Shown here: one piece after another, positions 26,501 to 40,143 of the stretch
Layout of the letters: the number at the start of each line of letters is the position of its first letter
Position numbering within the stretch: position 1 is the first letter of the stretch
Source: Podarcis melisellensis
Lineage: Eukaryota
Assembly (NCBI GenBank): GCA_964234715.1
Contig: OZ174285.1
Strand: one strand, 5' to 3'
DNA: 64,000 bases
The notes under the pieces: generated by a model
What the model was told of the DNA's origin: nothing
The model's database searches: none
What the model saw: only the letters and a program-made list of their open reading frames with translations
Made by a program: the position numbers and the translations under genes

Positions 26501-29500
26501 GACATCACAGTTCAATCTATCACTATTAGAGATTTCAAGATTACACAAAAAACCCCTGTATTATAGTACAGATGCATCTGTATTACAAAACTTACCCTTA
26601 GGCCATGTTTGCCAAAACACAGACGCCTTAGGTTGCCTCTGATAAATATTCACACTCAGGAGAAAGAGAATTCCACAGTTGGGAAGCAACCATTTTGAGG
26701 ATTTCCCCAAAAGACAGACCTGGCAAGTGGAGGAGCTTTGAGTGCTAGGCTACTCCTAAGCCCTAGGCAGTTCCTAACTGTGATCATAAAGGACAAAGAG
26801 ATGGAACAGCTGAAATGTGATTTCCCCTCAACTCCCAATGCACATGTTTATGATTTAAATACAATTTGTTCCGTGAGGTCTAAATAGATCACAGTAGCAA
26901 GGGTTCCAAGGTTTCGAACCTTTAAGATTGAAACAGATGTTGGGCAGCACCTCTTAGATTCTATGGTGCTTTGTTGATACTCCTAGAAACATAATGGTTT
27001 GGCTCATAAGAATTGCCAGTGGAGTTTTGCTTATAAAACAAGGCTTTCCCAGTTCCTCTACCCATCTGTACCCCATCACACACAAGGTTGAAAACACAAG
27101 TTTGTGTGCAGTTTGTTATTTAAATTATACTTTTCATTGAGTACACTTTTAAATTTTATAGCAAGTTACTTAGTATTTAATGATAAATGCATCCATTACC
27201 AAGTAAAAAGGCAGATGTGGAACACCAGCATTTGTGTTTTTAGGAGTACATGTTGCATGTTTCAGTTCCATGCCTTAACCTGTAGCACATACAGTGTTCC
27301 TGCGTGAATTTCATGGCTGAGGCAGGATTTGAATCTCCCCTTTGTAAATCAACACATTCTCCAGTGCACCTTTCTGATTTCCCTTAGTACAATTATATAT
27401 GCTTATTTTCAAGCATCATATGCAAGGCACTAGATTGAATCTATGGTTTAAAACAAATATTTAGATGAAGGGCTGAGAGGGGGATTATTTACCACAGCAG
27501 AGAATGTGAGCAGGGACAAGATTATGCTAGGAACATCACATTTTATTTTTTTCTCAAGACTGTATAAGGTAGCTGGCACCCACAAAGGAATATTATAACA
27601 CTTTGAACAAATCAATCCTGATTCTATTTTCTCTTTCTGTTGGTAAAACATTTTCTTTTTTTTACACATCCAAATAAAAATAAATATCGCCAGTAGGGGG
27701 AATAGATGTATAAAAAACAAACTCAAAAATATTTTTATGATATGAAAATGATTTGAACAGCATTAAGCAGTACATCTAAAATTCCTGGAGCATAAATGGG
27801 TTTACCACATATTTTCATATGAAGAAAATGTCAAATGGTGAGTATGTGTCTGAATTTAGATTTCTGGAAGCACTTGTAGCAGTAATTTACCCTTTCTGCA
27901 CCATAATGCAATATATGGCTTTTATAGTGAGCTTGGGTTATTGTGTCACTTTCCTAGCTTTTCATTTCTGCTAATAATGAAACTGAGGAAAGAATAATGA
28001 GTGAAAGAATGAAACCATCATGATTCTGTCATGGTTGTACGTTCCTTCTACTGTCTACAAAAAACCCTGAGAACTGGTTCTAGGCCTTCCTTGTAGGTTT
28101 GAGTTAACAATACATGGATAGCTCTAGTTTAAAATCTCCATCTGCTACATCTCAGTATATGGAGCAGCAGCTCTCCAGGGAGGGTTTCCCATGAGGCTTC
28201 TTCTTTAAATGAAAGATTTCAAAGCTTTTAATGACACTAGCATTTTCTTCTTACAACCTGATTTGTACCTCTGCACACCTCAGTATGCTTATTTATTTCA
28301 CCCATTCAGTCGCTGCCCAACAAAAGGCGCTAAAGAGAAGAGGAGGGAGCAGTAGGCATAGGGTGGCTTCATAAAGTGTCAGGAATATGAAGATGGTCTG
28401 GTTTTGCCCACCTGCAAAAGGCTACTTCTGTAGTAGTTTAAGATCCATTGTTCTGTTTGCAGGGAAGTGGATGTTCTTCTGTGCTGGAGGACCAGCCTCT
28501 TGTCTTTAGAGTAGTTTTCCATGGCTGCAGGTTGTTAGCATCCACACCAGAAGCGTATACTGTATCCCAGTAGCCACATGCTAAGAATGCCAGGACCTCA
28601 GTCCTTGACCATGTGAAATATAAAGAAGGGTGCCACTGTGAAGGTGCAGAGTGATTTTCTCTTTCATCACAGAGTAACTAGAGCTACCTCCTACATATAT
28701 GGGTTTGAGGGTACCATTTTTAGTTTTGAGGATGTGGCTTCCAAGCATACTTGAGCCCTGACACCTCTCTTTTTAGAAAGTAATTGTAGCAGGATTCACA
28801 GGCTGATCCCTGCAAGGTGTAAAAGCATTATAGTTAGCAGGGAACCCTGCAGTTTCAAGGCCTAAGTACACATTACAGATATGTGCAAGGATCCCTTGAT
28901 GGATGCTTTGCCCTTTTTCTAAGCAAAGATAGCTTTGGGAGGGGGATGTTTAGAGAGTAGAAGTGTTGGGGGAGAGGGGGCACTTAACCTTTCCCAACCC
29001 ATTACTTCTCTGCTCCAAGTCATACCTTCAGCTGTTTTATCTCTCCTCTCCAAATCCATGGTGGCGATTTGGGATAGAAGAACATTGGGCAGGAAAAAAA
29101 TACTTTCCTTTTCTCTTCCCATACCTGCTTTCTCTCTGCTTCAACCACCTGAAGCTGCTGCTACTTAGAAAAAGAGGCTGTGGGATTTGCTGCATGTAGA
29201 TGTCCAACTACATGGAACACCAAATCTTATCGCATATTGTTTATAAAGTAATATAATGAAAGTCACACCAAACCATTTAGTTTAAAGTGGTGCTTCCCAT
29301 TCACTTTAGTTATACAGATATATCTTTAAACACCAGGAGGAGCACTGGTATGGACAAACTTGGTTATAAGGAAACAACAAAGATATTTGAAATAAGGTTC
29401 CATGAGTTAGGTAGACTACAGCTATAATTCCTTGATATCAGTGGAACTGGTCTGTGGAAGTGGAAAATAGATCTGACCCACATGTAGAATTAATAAAAAG

Positions 29501-29996
29501 AATTGGCTGGGCACCTAGATTCAAAACATGGGGCTTTTCACGCTCTTCAGCATGAGCGAGCCCCCAGCAGAGTGAAAGATTCATTCTTCCCTTGTTGCTT
29601 GCTGCTTGTTTCCCCAAACCTTCTAATGGTTCAGGGGAACTAGCACACTTACCTTGGATATAATAGTCAGATATTTTGTCATTTTTGAAAACAAAAATTT
29701 ATTAACAACCAGTGGCAAGAGCATTGGCAGAGCTCTTGCTGTCCAGGTCACTTCCCCCAAGAAGCCCCTCTCTCAGGATACTAGTGTCATAGCCCCACAA
29801 CAGGCTGTTAATTACATATATACGTCATTTTATTTGTATGACACTTTTCCATACTTAAAACCATGCTCACGGCGCCGTACAATGTGAAGCAACCACATAA
29901 TTCCAAACATAGCAAAAGTAGTTATAAACAACAAAACATGAAAAGTACATAACCCAAATTGAACAAATTCCACATAAATCATAACATGATCTAAAA

Positions 29997-30310
29997 CGGG
30001 TTGGCAAGGCTTACTAGGCATGGGCTGGATCACTCCCGCGGAGATCCTCCATGGGCTGGACCGGCGCAACATGTCTGCGTGTGCCCAGACACTGAAAATT
30101 GTACCTGCACAGAAGCAATTTTTGGCATCTGGGCATGCACAGAAGCGATTTCTGGAACTGCGGAAGAGTCCCCGTGCCGCGCTGTGCCAGTTTAGTGCAG
30201 CGCATCGGGATTCGCCAAGTGGGAGACTCAGTTCGGGGGAGGCTCGTGGGCCGGTTAAACGGCCTCCGTGGGCCGCTTCTGGCCCATGGGCCGCAGGTTG
30301 GGGACCCCTG
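29997..30310. mobile_element. hAT non-autonomous element
   Basis: 8-bp TSD ATCTAAAA (29989-29996, 30311-30318); 3' end ggttggggacccctg. Confidence 0.75.
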
Positions 30311-30369
30311 ATCTAAAATAAGGATACAGTAGCAGCAACAACAACCCCGTCCACCATAATCCCCTAAAC

Positions 30370-30503
30370 CAGGCATAGGCAAACTCGGCCCTTCAGATGT
30401 TTTGTGAACAACTCCCATCATCCCTAGCTAACAGGACTAGTGGTCAGGGATGATGGGAGTTGTAATTCCAAAACATCTGGAGGACTGAGTTTGCCTATGC
30501 CTG
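30370..30503. mobile_element. Palindromic hAT-type MITE
   Basis: TIRs CAGGCATAGGCAAACTC / GAGTTTGCCTATGCCTG; the whole element forms an imperfect hairpin; same family as 58234-58359. Confidence 0.85.
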
Positions 30504-30519
30504 GTGTACACCATTCTCA

Positions 30520-30680
30520 CCCTCCTAATTTTATCCTCACAACAATGTGGTGTGTGGTGGATGAGGCTGAGAGAGAATGAAGGACCTAAGGTCACCCAGT
30601 GAGCTTCCTGGCTGAGGGGATTTGAACCCTGGTATCCCAAGTCCTAGTCTAGCACACTAACCACTATAGCACACAGGCTT
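30520..30680 (-). mobile_element. MIR-like tRNA-derived SINE
   Basis: ttttatcctcacaacaa...gaggctgagaga...aaggtcacccag...ggatttgaaccctgg...aaccactat. Confidence 0.7.
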
Positions 30681-32616
30681 ACATACTGCAGATCCGTATA
30701 TGCTGCTGCATGTAAATATTGTGCATGCTTTTCTGAAGGACACTGGGTTACAGACCCCAGAAGAGCTCAGATTTCAGAGTTCCTTTGAATGCCAGGGATT
30801 AGTCCTGGAACATTCAGAACAGGAATACTAATCTAGGGACAACATACAAGCAACTCCCAGTTTACGTGGGGGTTAGGTTCCAAGGCACCATGCATTTAAG
30901 GAAATTGTGTATATTTGAAACATCATTGAAAAGCCTGCAAAAACCCCTTTCCACCCTCATTTCACCTCTTTTTGTGATGTTTTTGGGTCACTTCTGGGTT
31001 CAGCATGATGTGCGCATGTGCAGTCAAGCATATATCAGAAGCACATAAAACAGTCGCTGCCTGTACTGTGTAGATCACTGGAGTAGCTTCTAGAGTACAG
31101 GATATGGTTTCTAAGCAAGAATTGTACTCTAGTTGCACATTTATAGAAAACAAGCATTACCCACATTGAAGTCAGTGAACAGAGGACAGCAGCCAAAACC
31201 TCCCAGATATTTCCCAGTTCCTACTTCCTAAATGTTACTAAGCCACATTTTTGAAAAATTTGAAGTGACTTGTTTGAATAACACTACGGCAGAATCTCAG
31301 TTGACCTCATAATGTTTTACCAGTACCTTCTTGCAAGGGGGACTGAGGTAGTCATGGCCAGGAATTCACCTGAACTTCAGGACTAAAATTCCTGCTAAAA
31401 CAGGCTTGAGTATTCTACCAACCTTGTCTGAGAGTGCATTCTCCCCCTCCCCTTTCAGGTAAATCTGTGCTCACAGATCTTAAATGTGACATTCTCTGCA
31501 CATACAGACCCTATTAGAATCCACAAGGCATCTCTCTAAATAATTAGGCACACATGCCAGAATTAATATACTGATGTGGATAGGGACCAAGGTGGTTCAG
31601 CTACCATTTTGGGGCCCCAGATGGCACCTTGAGGCTGGGGCTGCTGCAGCTCTGGTGCTCTTGGGGTTCTGTGCAAATCTTTTGATGGCATACTCTCTAG
31701 AGGCTAAGCCAGGCACGAGAGATTCTATCTATTGTCATTTATTTTCCTGCTTGGAAGAAGAGCTCCAATGCACAATGAGGAATACACAGAGAATGAGCAG
31801 GAAAATCAGTTTAATTACATGAAGGGTTAGTATGAATGAGGCAAGAATGAGGTCAACTAGAAGGTGTAAGATGCAAGAAGGGCTAAGGGGGAGGGGAAGG
31901 CTGTATAGCTGCACAGTTCTTGCTAGCAGCCCAAGTAGAAATAAACTGTGCTTTTCAAGTTTATATTCCTTTTCCAGCACTACTACTAGGTCAACACAAA
32001 TCCTCCCTGTGTCTAGTAGAAATCAAGCAGAGCAGTCTGTGGGATTTGTTGTTTAAAAAAAGAAATGTTCCAGTGAAGTTTGGGGGAGCAGGTTGAGATA
32101 AACTGGCACACCTCATTAAAAAAAAGAGAGAAAAGAACAAGTAATGATGCAACCATTTCATGGGATATTACACTATAATGATGATAATAATCCCATTTAA
32201 ATCTGATCTTCTACAGTCTTAGTGAAATTAGCTTCTGTGCCACCTAGCAAGAGTAATTTATGAGATAAAAAGGGATCCATTGAGAGATAATGTAATGAGT
32301 ATTTACAGTAGCCTTGATGGTATTCGTACTACTGGAGGAAGAAGTAGATGCTGGCATTGAGAGCTGATGCTACTGAAATATTGACAATAATCACAATATT
32401 GCAACATAGGGAATTGATACTATTCTAATTACCGGTATATCTGTTTCCTGGGCAGGAGAAAGGTAGGTTTGTGTTTGTTTGTGTGTGTGAGAGAACACAC
32501 ATTAAAGCAGCTCATGGTATCTACACATAGGTGCATCAACATAACAGGAAACGGTGCAGTTCCTTAAACCTCTTTCCAAAAAACAATACCCTCCTGCAGA
32601 CTCATGCAGTCATTTG

Positions 32617-32948
32617 NNNNNNNNNNNNNNNNNNNNNNNNNNNNNNNNNNNNNNNNNNNNNNNNNNNNNNNNNNNNNNNNNNNNNNNNNNNNNNNNNNNN
32701 NNNNNNNNNNNNNNNNNNNNNNNNNNNNNNNNNNNNNNNNNNNNNNNNNNNNNNNNNNNNNNNNNNNNNNNNNNNNNNNNNNNNNNNNNNNNNNNNNNNN
32801 NNNNNNNNNNNNNNNNNNNNNNNNNNNNNNNNNNNNNNNNNNNNNNNNNNNNNNNNNNNNNNNNNNNNNNNNNNNNNNNNNNNNNNNNNNNNNNNNNNNN
32901 NNNNNNNNNNNNNNNNNNNNNNNNNNNNNNNNNNNNNNNNNNNNNNNN
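32617..32948. other. N block, 332 nt (probable masked conserved element)
   Basis: Run of N; unique flanks. Confidence 0.6.
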
Positions 32949-33029
32949 ATGGAGAAGGGGAGGGTGGCATTATCTTACCATAGCAAAGCCCCATGTTTAG
33001 CTTTTGTTAACATTTACAAATATAGAGAC

Positions 33030-33030
<1 letters not shown>

Positions 33031-33090
<60 letters not shown>
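33031..33090. repeat. Compound (TG)n(AG)n microsatellite
   Basis: Direct reading. Confidence 0.95.
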
Positions 33091-33093
<3 letters not shown>

Positions 33094-34318
33094 CATACAT
33101 TTCATTTGAGTTATAGTGAGGGTGGTGTCAGCAACCCAGTAACTTCATGCAGCATTTTTAATATGAAAGGGGATTTATCAGTTAGCACATTTTTAAAAGC
33201 CAATATAAGTATATATATTTATAGATTTATAGACATTGCAGAAGCATGGTAAACAAAATAAATAGCTACCTTTTTTTTCTATGTACATGTATATACAGAG
33301 CTATTCACAGGTTATTGTCAGCATAAACTAAATGCCAGTTTAAATCTATGATCAACCATTTTGCGTTATCACAATCTTTGTTATTCCACAGATGACACAA
33401 CACCAAGGTCTGATGCATGTTAGATTAGGTGAACAAATAGTACATAAAAGTCCGGGTTGTATTAACTGGGAGCTTTTCCAAAGATACAATATGTCAGCAG
33501 TGTAGTTAATATGTCAAGAGTGAAATAATAATACCTCTTCTATTTGAAAATGAGTCCATTTTAAGGCATCAATATTTCAAACCTTTTTGCTCAAGTATTA
33601 TAACTTTTCAGTCGCCTTTTCATGGTTTCTCATATATCTCAAACACACTCGTCAGCTTCCTATGGTAGCATGTAAGACACTGTTAGCATTATTAAAATAA
33701 CTTTTTATTGTTAAGAAAAGTATGTGTGTGATGCCCCCCCCCCCCGCCTCCCATGTACAAAGTATTTCCTAAGGCTGCCAGTATTCATTGCATGACCTTA
33801 GTTGGGGATCATCAGCCCTTAAATAAAAGTACTCAGCAATCACCCTCTTAATTGAAGTCCTGGCATCCAAAGTCACAAATCTGCAAAAGTACACCACTCA
33901 AAGTCAAATGTTTTACATATACTTCACCTTCATTATCATGCTGTTCGGGGCAGTAAAGCATTTCAATAAGTTATGAGGCTGACTTGTTAAGAAAAAGGGT
34001 AATTAAAATGGGGTTTTAATGTAGTGAAGGTTCTGATAACCTTATATCAAATAAAAGGGTACAATTAGAGATGATTGGTCAGATGGGAAGGTCTGGAGGC
34101 CACTAGCCAGAGTTTAACTCCCCCAAAGTAGCACCAAATTGTGTGACCATACCCCTTGAGCAGCAATCATTGACAGGTTGAGTTAAAGATACAGCAGTCA
34201 CAGTGGTCTATCAAGAATCTGATAATGTCATTATTGCAAGTTTCACATACTTCCTTAAGTAGCGTGGTCTGGGTAACTGACATTCTTTAGTAACGAGAGA
34301 ATCATAATCTTAAATGAG

Positions 34319-34389
34319 CTGAGATTCCTTCATTGTAGGGGGTTGGACTAGATGACCCTTGGGTCCCAACTCAAAGATTCTGTGATTCT
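34319..34389 (+). mobile_element. 71-nt CR1 3' end insertion with 15-bp TSD
   Basis: ggggttggactagatgaccctt...gattctgtgattct; TSD ATAATCTTAAATGAG (34304-34318, 34390-34404). Confidence 0.85.
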
Positions 34390-35191
34390 ATAATCTTAAA
34401 TGAGGGAACAATTCTACATGGGAGCAAGAGCCATAGATTTTTATGATACTTTCAAGTAAGAATGCACAAAGCTATAGTTGCAGTTTTTTCAACCTACCTT
34501 TGTTTAGCCGATTATTTAAGATGACTGAGTGGTGGATAATCAGGACCATCAACTAGTAGCAATTCTTGAGTATATAAATGGTCAAAATAACTATTTGTTT
34601 ACAAGCCTCCAATTGGGAAATGCCAATAGCTTGGAAATAGCTTGATTGGGCCACATATAGATCTATATAAAAGAAGGTGGGCTATAAGATCAATATGATT
34701 TACTGAAGAGTTATTTGTCACACTCCTATCAACATAAATTTAATGCCCAATAGATTCGAGATTTTTGCAGAAATCTTGTAGGCTATAGAAACCGAGTAAC
34801 TGCTACCCCCCCCCATTATAGTGTATATAGTAATCTCAGCTACTCCCCCCATTATAGATATACATTAAGCCACAAAAGAAAGTTCTCAACATATTTCACT
34901 CTAAGCAAAAATTAAATAATATAGTTGCATTGCCTCAGGACATGCCCTTGTCGTTTATAAGAGGTGGGAAAGCACAGACTTTTTTTCTTAGGAATGAAGA
35001 AAAAGGAGTCTTAGGAGTGAAGAAGCTCTGTGTTTCACAAAGTTTGTAAATCTATGAATATTTATTATTTGAATTTTAATCTTGAGTCACATTTATGATC
35101 TCTGACCCTCAGGATGAACTCCCAGGTTCTTTTTTCCTATTTCCTCTGAAGAACTGGAAATTACTAATGACAGTATGTTAGATGGAATGAC

Positions 35192-35889
35192 CAGGAGTGA
35201 GAAACCTTAGGCCTAGGGGCCAAATGCGGCCCTTCAACGCTTTTTATTTGGACCATAGGACTCTCCTTATGCCACATACCCTTCACAGGCCACATTTTAT
35301 TTATGTATAATGATATTTATATTCTACTATTTTGTAGAAAAATATCAAAGTGGCTTACAATAATATAGAAAACCATACAATAAAACCAATACAAATAATA
35401 GTAATTAAAGTCAGACATCAATTAACTATTGTGGAAATATGTATTCTTAATTGCCTGCATAGGTCTGGTGAAATAAAAAAGTTTTTGGCAGGCAATTAAA
35501 AGTTGCAACAGAAGTCACCTGGACCCATGACACTAAAGGTTGGGTTTTTGTTGCTGATGAGCCTTACCAACTCTGGGAACGACCAGTGATGCTCCTGCAG
35601 ATGTTTTCAGTGATCTATCTGGGATATAAGGGTTCAAGCGATCCCTGGGGCTGTCTCTCTTCCCGTCTCACACTATCTCTTAATGTTTTTGGCTGACTGG
35701 AATGTGTCCTTGAATGCTGACAGTGTCTCTTGCTTGCCTGGGTGGAGGACAGAGAGGGCTTTGTGTAGAAAGCAGCCTACTGTATGGAGACAGCATGTAT
35801 ATTAGTTGCTCTTCCCACTCTTCTCTCTGGCCCCACCCACTGCTGGAAGGGAAAATGGCCCTTGGACTGAAAAAGGTTCTCCACTCCTG
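35192..35889. mobile_element. hAT-type element with a nested minus-strand L2-like 3' fragment (about 35295-35650)
   Basis: Imperfect TIRs caggagtgagaaacct / aggttctccactcctg; the internal segment resembles an L2 3' end. Confidence 0.55.
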
Positions 35890-36009
35890 TTCAAGAGGAA
35901 CCATAATATACTTAAGATGCTTACTGGCTAAGTAATGCTTTGAACTCAATGAAACTTTGGGGATAATGCAGAAATATTATTTGAGACAGTTTAATAGGTA
36001 TTTGAATAT

Positions 36010-36472
36010 AGATTTGCAGCCCCCCCATTTATGTGTGTTCTACTCATGTGCGACTGTGTATGCGTGTGGTGCCGGAGAATAAACAATTCAAATCCAGAAA
36101 TGGTGGGGGAGAGCTGGAGAGTCCGTGTGGCTCATGAAGAGACCCTCCCTGGAGCCCAAAGAGGGTGGACAAAGCTATGAAGAGAACAGAAGCATCACAG
36201 GGCTTTGTTTATGATGTTAAGCTTCTCCGCCTAAGAGCTGATGTGTGGCATAGTGCAGCAGCCGCCTGCATGACTTGCAGCCTCCTGCCAGCCCCAGAGA
36301 GTCATTTCTAGTTGTGGATATTTTTGGATACAATATTTTTTTGTATGGATTGAAAAGAGAGTGGCAGTGACGGTGTTTGAAGAGTGTTTAGAGGGCGCTC
36401 CCCACTTTACGTGATTTCATTTATGCATGCGGGGCCAGAACGTAATCCCACGTAAGTGGGGAGTCAACTGTA
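36010..36472. mobile_element. Degenerate Tigger-like DNA element
   Basis: 3' terminus cgtaagtggggagtcaactgTA; internal ccccactttacgtg repeat of the terminal motif. Confidence 0.45.
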
Positions 36473-37775
36473 TTTAAAGGAACTTGAGACCCTCTATTTG
36501 AAACTGCCAGTCAGATAGATCAACGGCCTTGCTCAGTATAAACTAACTAGCTTCATATGTGGGACAATTGCCTTCCTCCGTGTCTTTTGGTTTAGCTCTT
36601 TACGTTTAACCATCTGGATTGATTTTTACAATTATTTCTTGCTTGCAGCCTTGTCTGAAGCTCCAGAATATAGCACTAAGATTATATGAGAGTGCCCTTT
36701 GCCTTTTTAAAAGGAACTGTCTAATAAGAGATGCTGCTTTTGGACAGGAAGCTTGATGACTCCTAAGACCCTTCAAACACTGTGGTCCTCCAGTTATGCA
36801 TTTACATCCCCAAAGGTCTGAGGGATCATAAAAAAATCAGGAATTTGGATAAACTAAATACAGTAGCTTATTACAGAGGTCATAGTGAAATGGGTCACCA
36901 TAGTGAAAACATTATGACTGTGATTAAAAGTAGGTGGGAAATGAAGGCTCCATTGAATCTCTATTATTCAGTTAATTTAAGATTGTGAACCTGTAAACAT
37001 GTTCCTTCCCATCAAAATGAATGAAGCCTATATCTAGGGTTGCAGATTTAGGCAGGGATCCTCAGGCCACTAAAGGTGAAATGCTTTGATATGTTGACAT
37101 ATCTTGACCCTAAGACTTGCAAGCCCAGTAAATAGAAGTACAGTATACTGACTGCTTCACCAGCCAAGGGTAAGGAACTAATCTGGTGTTTCCAACAGAT
37201 TTTGATAGCACAGATATTTAGCTCATAGGTATCAGTTTTGTTGAATTCAACAGGACAAAGCTAATTTAATTCTAGGAATTGCTACTTTATGGCCTTGTCA
37301 TGCAAATCATTCATTTGCTGCTATGCTCAGTGCAAATTCCGGGTGGCCAAATTGCAAGGCTATTGCCTGGGTCACTCTTGGATTCATGCCATCAGATACA
37401 TAAAAAAATCTGGCATTTTTTGACTTTGTGATTGGAAATCACCTATCTCCACCAGTGGTGTAGGCTCCAGCACAAGAACAAAATGGAAGGAGGGAAAAGG
37501 ACTGGAAGCCAAATAATAGCAAGGGAAGAAGAAAGAAAGAAAGAAAGTCTTGGAGTACTTTGGCTTTTTGAAAGAAAATATAAACAGGTACATTGATTTT
37601 GTTTCATATTTCCCCATCTTTTCCCTACCTCCCCCTTTCCTACTAGTTCTTTGAAGATGATTGCCCTGCTCCGCATTAAAAGATGTTATCAGTCCAAAAG
37701 AGCAAGTGTGCTCTTACACTAACTAATATCTGCTCAAACGTACCTGACTGCATTGGAAATGTTGCAGTAGATTGG

Positions 37776-37907
37776 NNNNNNNNNNNNNNNNNNNNNNNNN
37801 NNNNNNNNNNNNNNNNNNNNNNNNNNNNNNNNNNNNNNNNNNNNNNNNNNNNNNNNNNNNNNNNNNNNNNNNNNNNNNNNNNNNNNNNNNNNNNNNNNNN
37901 NNNNNNN
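37776..37907. other. N block, 132 nt (shortest; probable masked conserved element)
   Basis: Run of N. Confidence 0.6.
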
Positions 37908-38464
37908 CGTTATGCATTCCCTTGCCCTTCTGATAGGTTTTAGAAAGGTCATAATTTAGGGTATTTTGCCGTTGATAAATGATCTGTGTGTTTGTGTTCA
38001 CACGCACCGATTGATTTGTTATAGCCAAAATATTGTTTTTATAACAACCTGCAGTAGGCAAACAACAGACAAAAGGAAATCCATGTAGGAGGTGAAGCGA
38101 AATTTGATCCTCCTTGGGATGGAGGTGGGAGGCAAGGAGCATCAGAGTCTGGTTTAAAAGGAAGGAGTGGCTTGGTTGAGGTCTGTTAATTTCCTCAGGG
38201 CACCTTATACAAGTGTTTGCCCCATGACGAGCATCCAAGCCCTTGGTGCAGTTCCAGCTGATCACAATGGTTTTGTGTTGTCCAATGCCAAAAAATCTTT
38301 GCAACTTGGAGAGCTCCCTAGGTGGCAAAGGGTTGTTGGGGCAATTTTCCCGCCTTTCTAGCCTTGGATGAGGCTCCCTGTTTCCGGGCCCAGTTGATGC
38401 ATTATGCATCAGGGCTGCCTGCAACTGACAGCCCCTCAGCCAGCGTCTACTTGAAAAGCAATGG

Positions 38465-38724
38465 NNNNNNNNNNNNNNNNNNNNNNNNNNNNNNNNNNNN
38501 NNNNNNNNNNNNNNNNNNNNNNNNNNNNNNNNNNNNNNNNNNNNNNNNNNNNNNNNNNNNNNNNNNNNNNNNNNNNNNNNNNNNNNNNNNNNNNNNNNNN
38601 NNNNNNNNNNNNNNNNNNNNNNNNNNNNNNNNNNNNNNNNNNNNNNNNNNNNNNNNNNNNNNNNNNNNNNNNNNNNNNNNNNNNNNNNNNNNNNNNNNNN
38701 NNNNNNNNNNNNNNNNNNNNNNNN
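38465..38724. other. N block, 260 nt (probable masked conserved element)
   Basis: Run of N; unique motif-rich flanks. Confidence 0.6.
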
Positions 38725-39945
38725 TCCCTGGGGAATGGCGGGAAACAAACAAAAAGATTTAACAAGTGGTCAATAGGAAAGAGAGAGAGAGAGAAAATTT
38801 GCAGGCTGCAAACTCCAGGAGCTTGCAATAGTTCTCGTTCTCTCTCACTCACTCTCTCTCTCACACACACACACAAATTACTGAAGAAATAAATTATGTG
38901 TCTCATCATAATGTTTAACTCTGTAGTTATGCATAATCGCAGTCATGCAGTCCAAACTAAGAAGCGATTCTTGCCTAAAGGGCATGAAGATAAATAGTTC
39001 CAGCAAAAGGGTGGGGGACATGCCCTAATTTATCCTTTAAAGGAAAGGAAAGGAAAGAAGGGCACTCTCCTTAGCTGTATGCCTCCTTTTTATTTTTTTA
39101 CACTATTTGCCCCTGAACCAAAAATTGGATTAGGTATTGGGAGCAACTAAGAGGTTTTTAGTTGTCAGTTTAGATTTGGTGTGTGTGTGTGTGAAAAGGT
39201 TCATTTTTGCTAGTTTGCTGCACGGCCAGAGGTGTTGCCATCCTCCTCCAGTATCCTCTCAAATCAAACATGTCAACTATTTAGCTGCAAATTAATTAGA
39301 TAGGAATTAATGCTTTGGATAAGCACATTAAAAATCAACACTAAATACTTAGAATTACATAAGCAGCATATCAGGCAATGAACAAGATTGGCTAGAAAAG
39401 TACCATCTTTATGTATTGTGTGTTTTGTGTCTAATACAAACAGGACAAAAAGTACTTTTCCTATCTTCCTGCTAGCTTGAGACAGCAGTCAGCTCCTGGC
39501 AGACAGCATCACCATCATCTATAGATCTTGGTACAAACTATATTTACTCACTAGGACTACTGTCTGTGGATAGTAATGTCTTAATTTTTTCCACCAGTTT
39601 CTCAACGTACTGCTAGTAATATTGTGCTTTGTGTCATCACACTGGAGTAGCTAGGGTGGTCAGGTGAAGAACAGCACAAGGTATAGTGGGCAATGTCTTC
39701 TGTACTGGGATCATATTTCCTGGGGCATTTAAAGCATACAGGGTGTCCAAAGCAGTTTCTGTCTGTGCCAAAAGTGGGTCTAAACTCCAATTGAAATGGA
39801 ATGGATCTAGAACATCAGTTTCCTCCAATATCACTTGCTTAAGAACCTTGCCCAAGAAGGGCTGATTGGCAACTGGCCAAATTCAGGGAGGGTTTCTTAA
39901 GGAGTGGTTTTACCACTGCCTCCTTCAAGCAGGCAGGGCCGACCC

Positions 39946-40143
39946 CAGAGCTTTCCAAACTTTTCATGTGGGTGACACACTTTTTAGACATGCATCATTT
40001 CATGATACAGTAATTAAGTTTTTCTGAGGTTAAACTAACCCCTTTCCAGCCCCGGAGGAGCGTGGGGAGTGTTTGCGTGACACACCTATACACTACAGCT
40101 GACACACTACGTAATGTGTTACAACACAGTTTGGAAAGCTCTC
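39946..40143. mobile_element. hAT-like MITE nested in the L2
   Basis: TIRs CAGAGCTTTCCAAACT / AGTTTGGAAAGCTCTC. Confidence 0.75.

Noticed and set aside
30370-30503. Long hairpins here and at 58234-58359 as possible miRNA precursors
   Set aside because: Explained by a multi-copy palindromic MITE family with TIRs and TSDs.
37723-38748. 341-aa minus-strand ORF
   Set aside because: It spans two N blocks; the visible part has no recognisable domain, start context or splice signals and reads like enhancer DNA.
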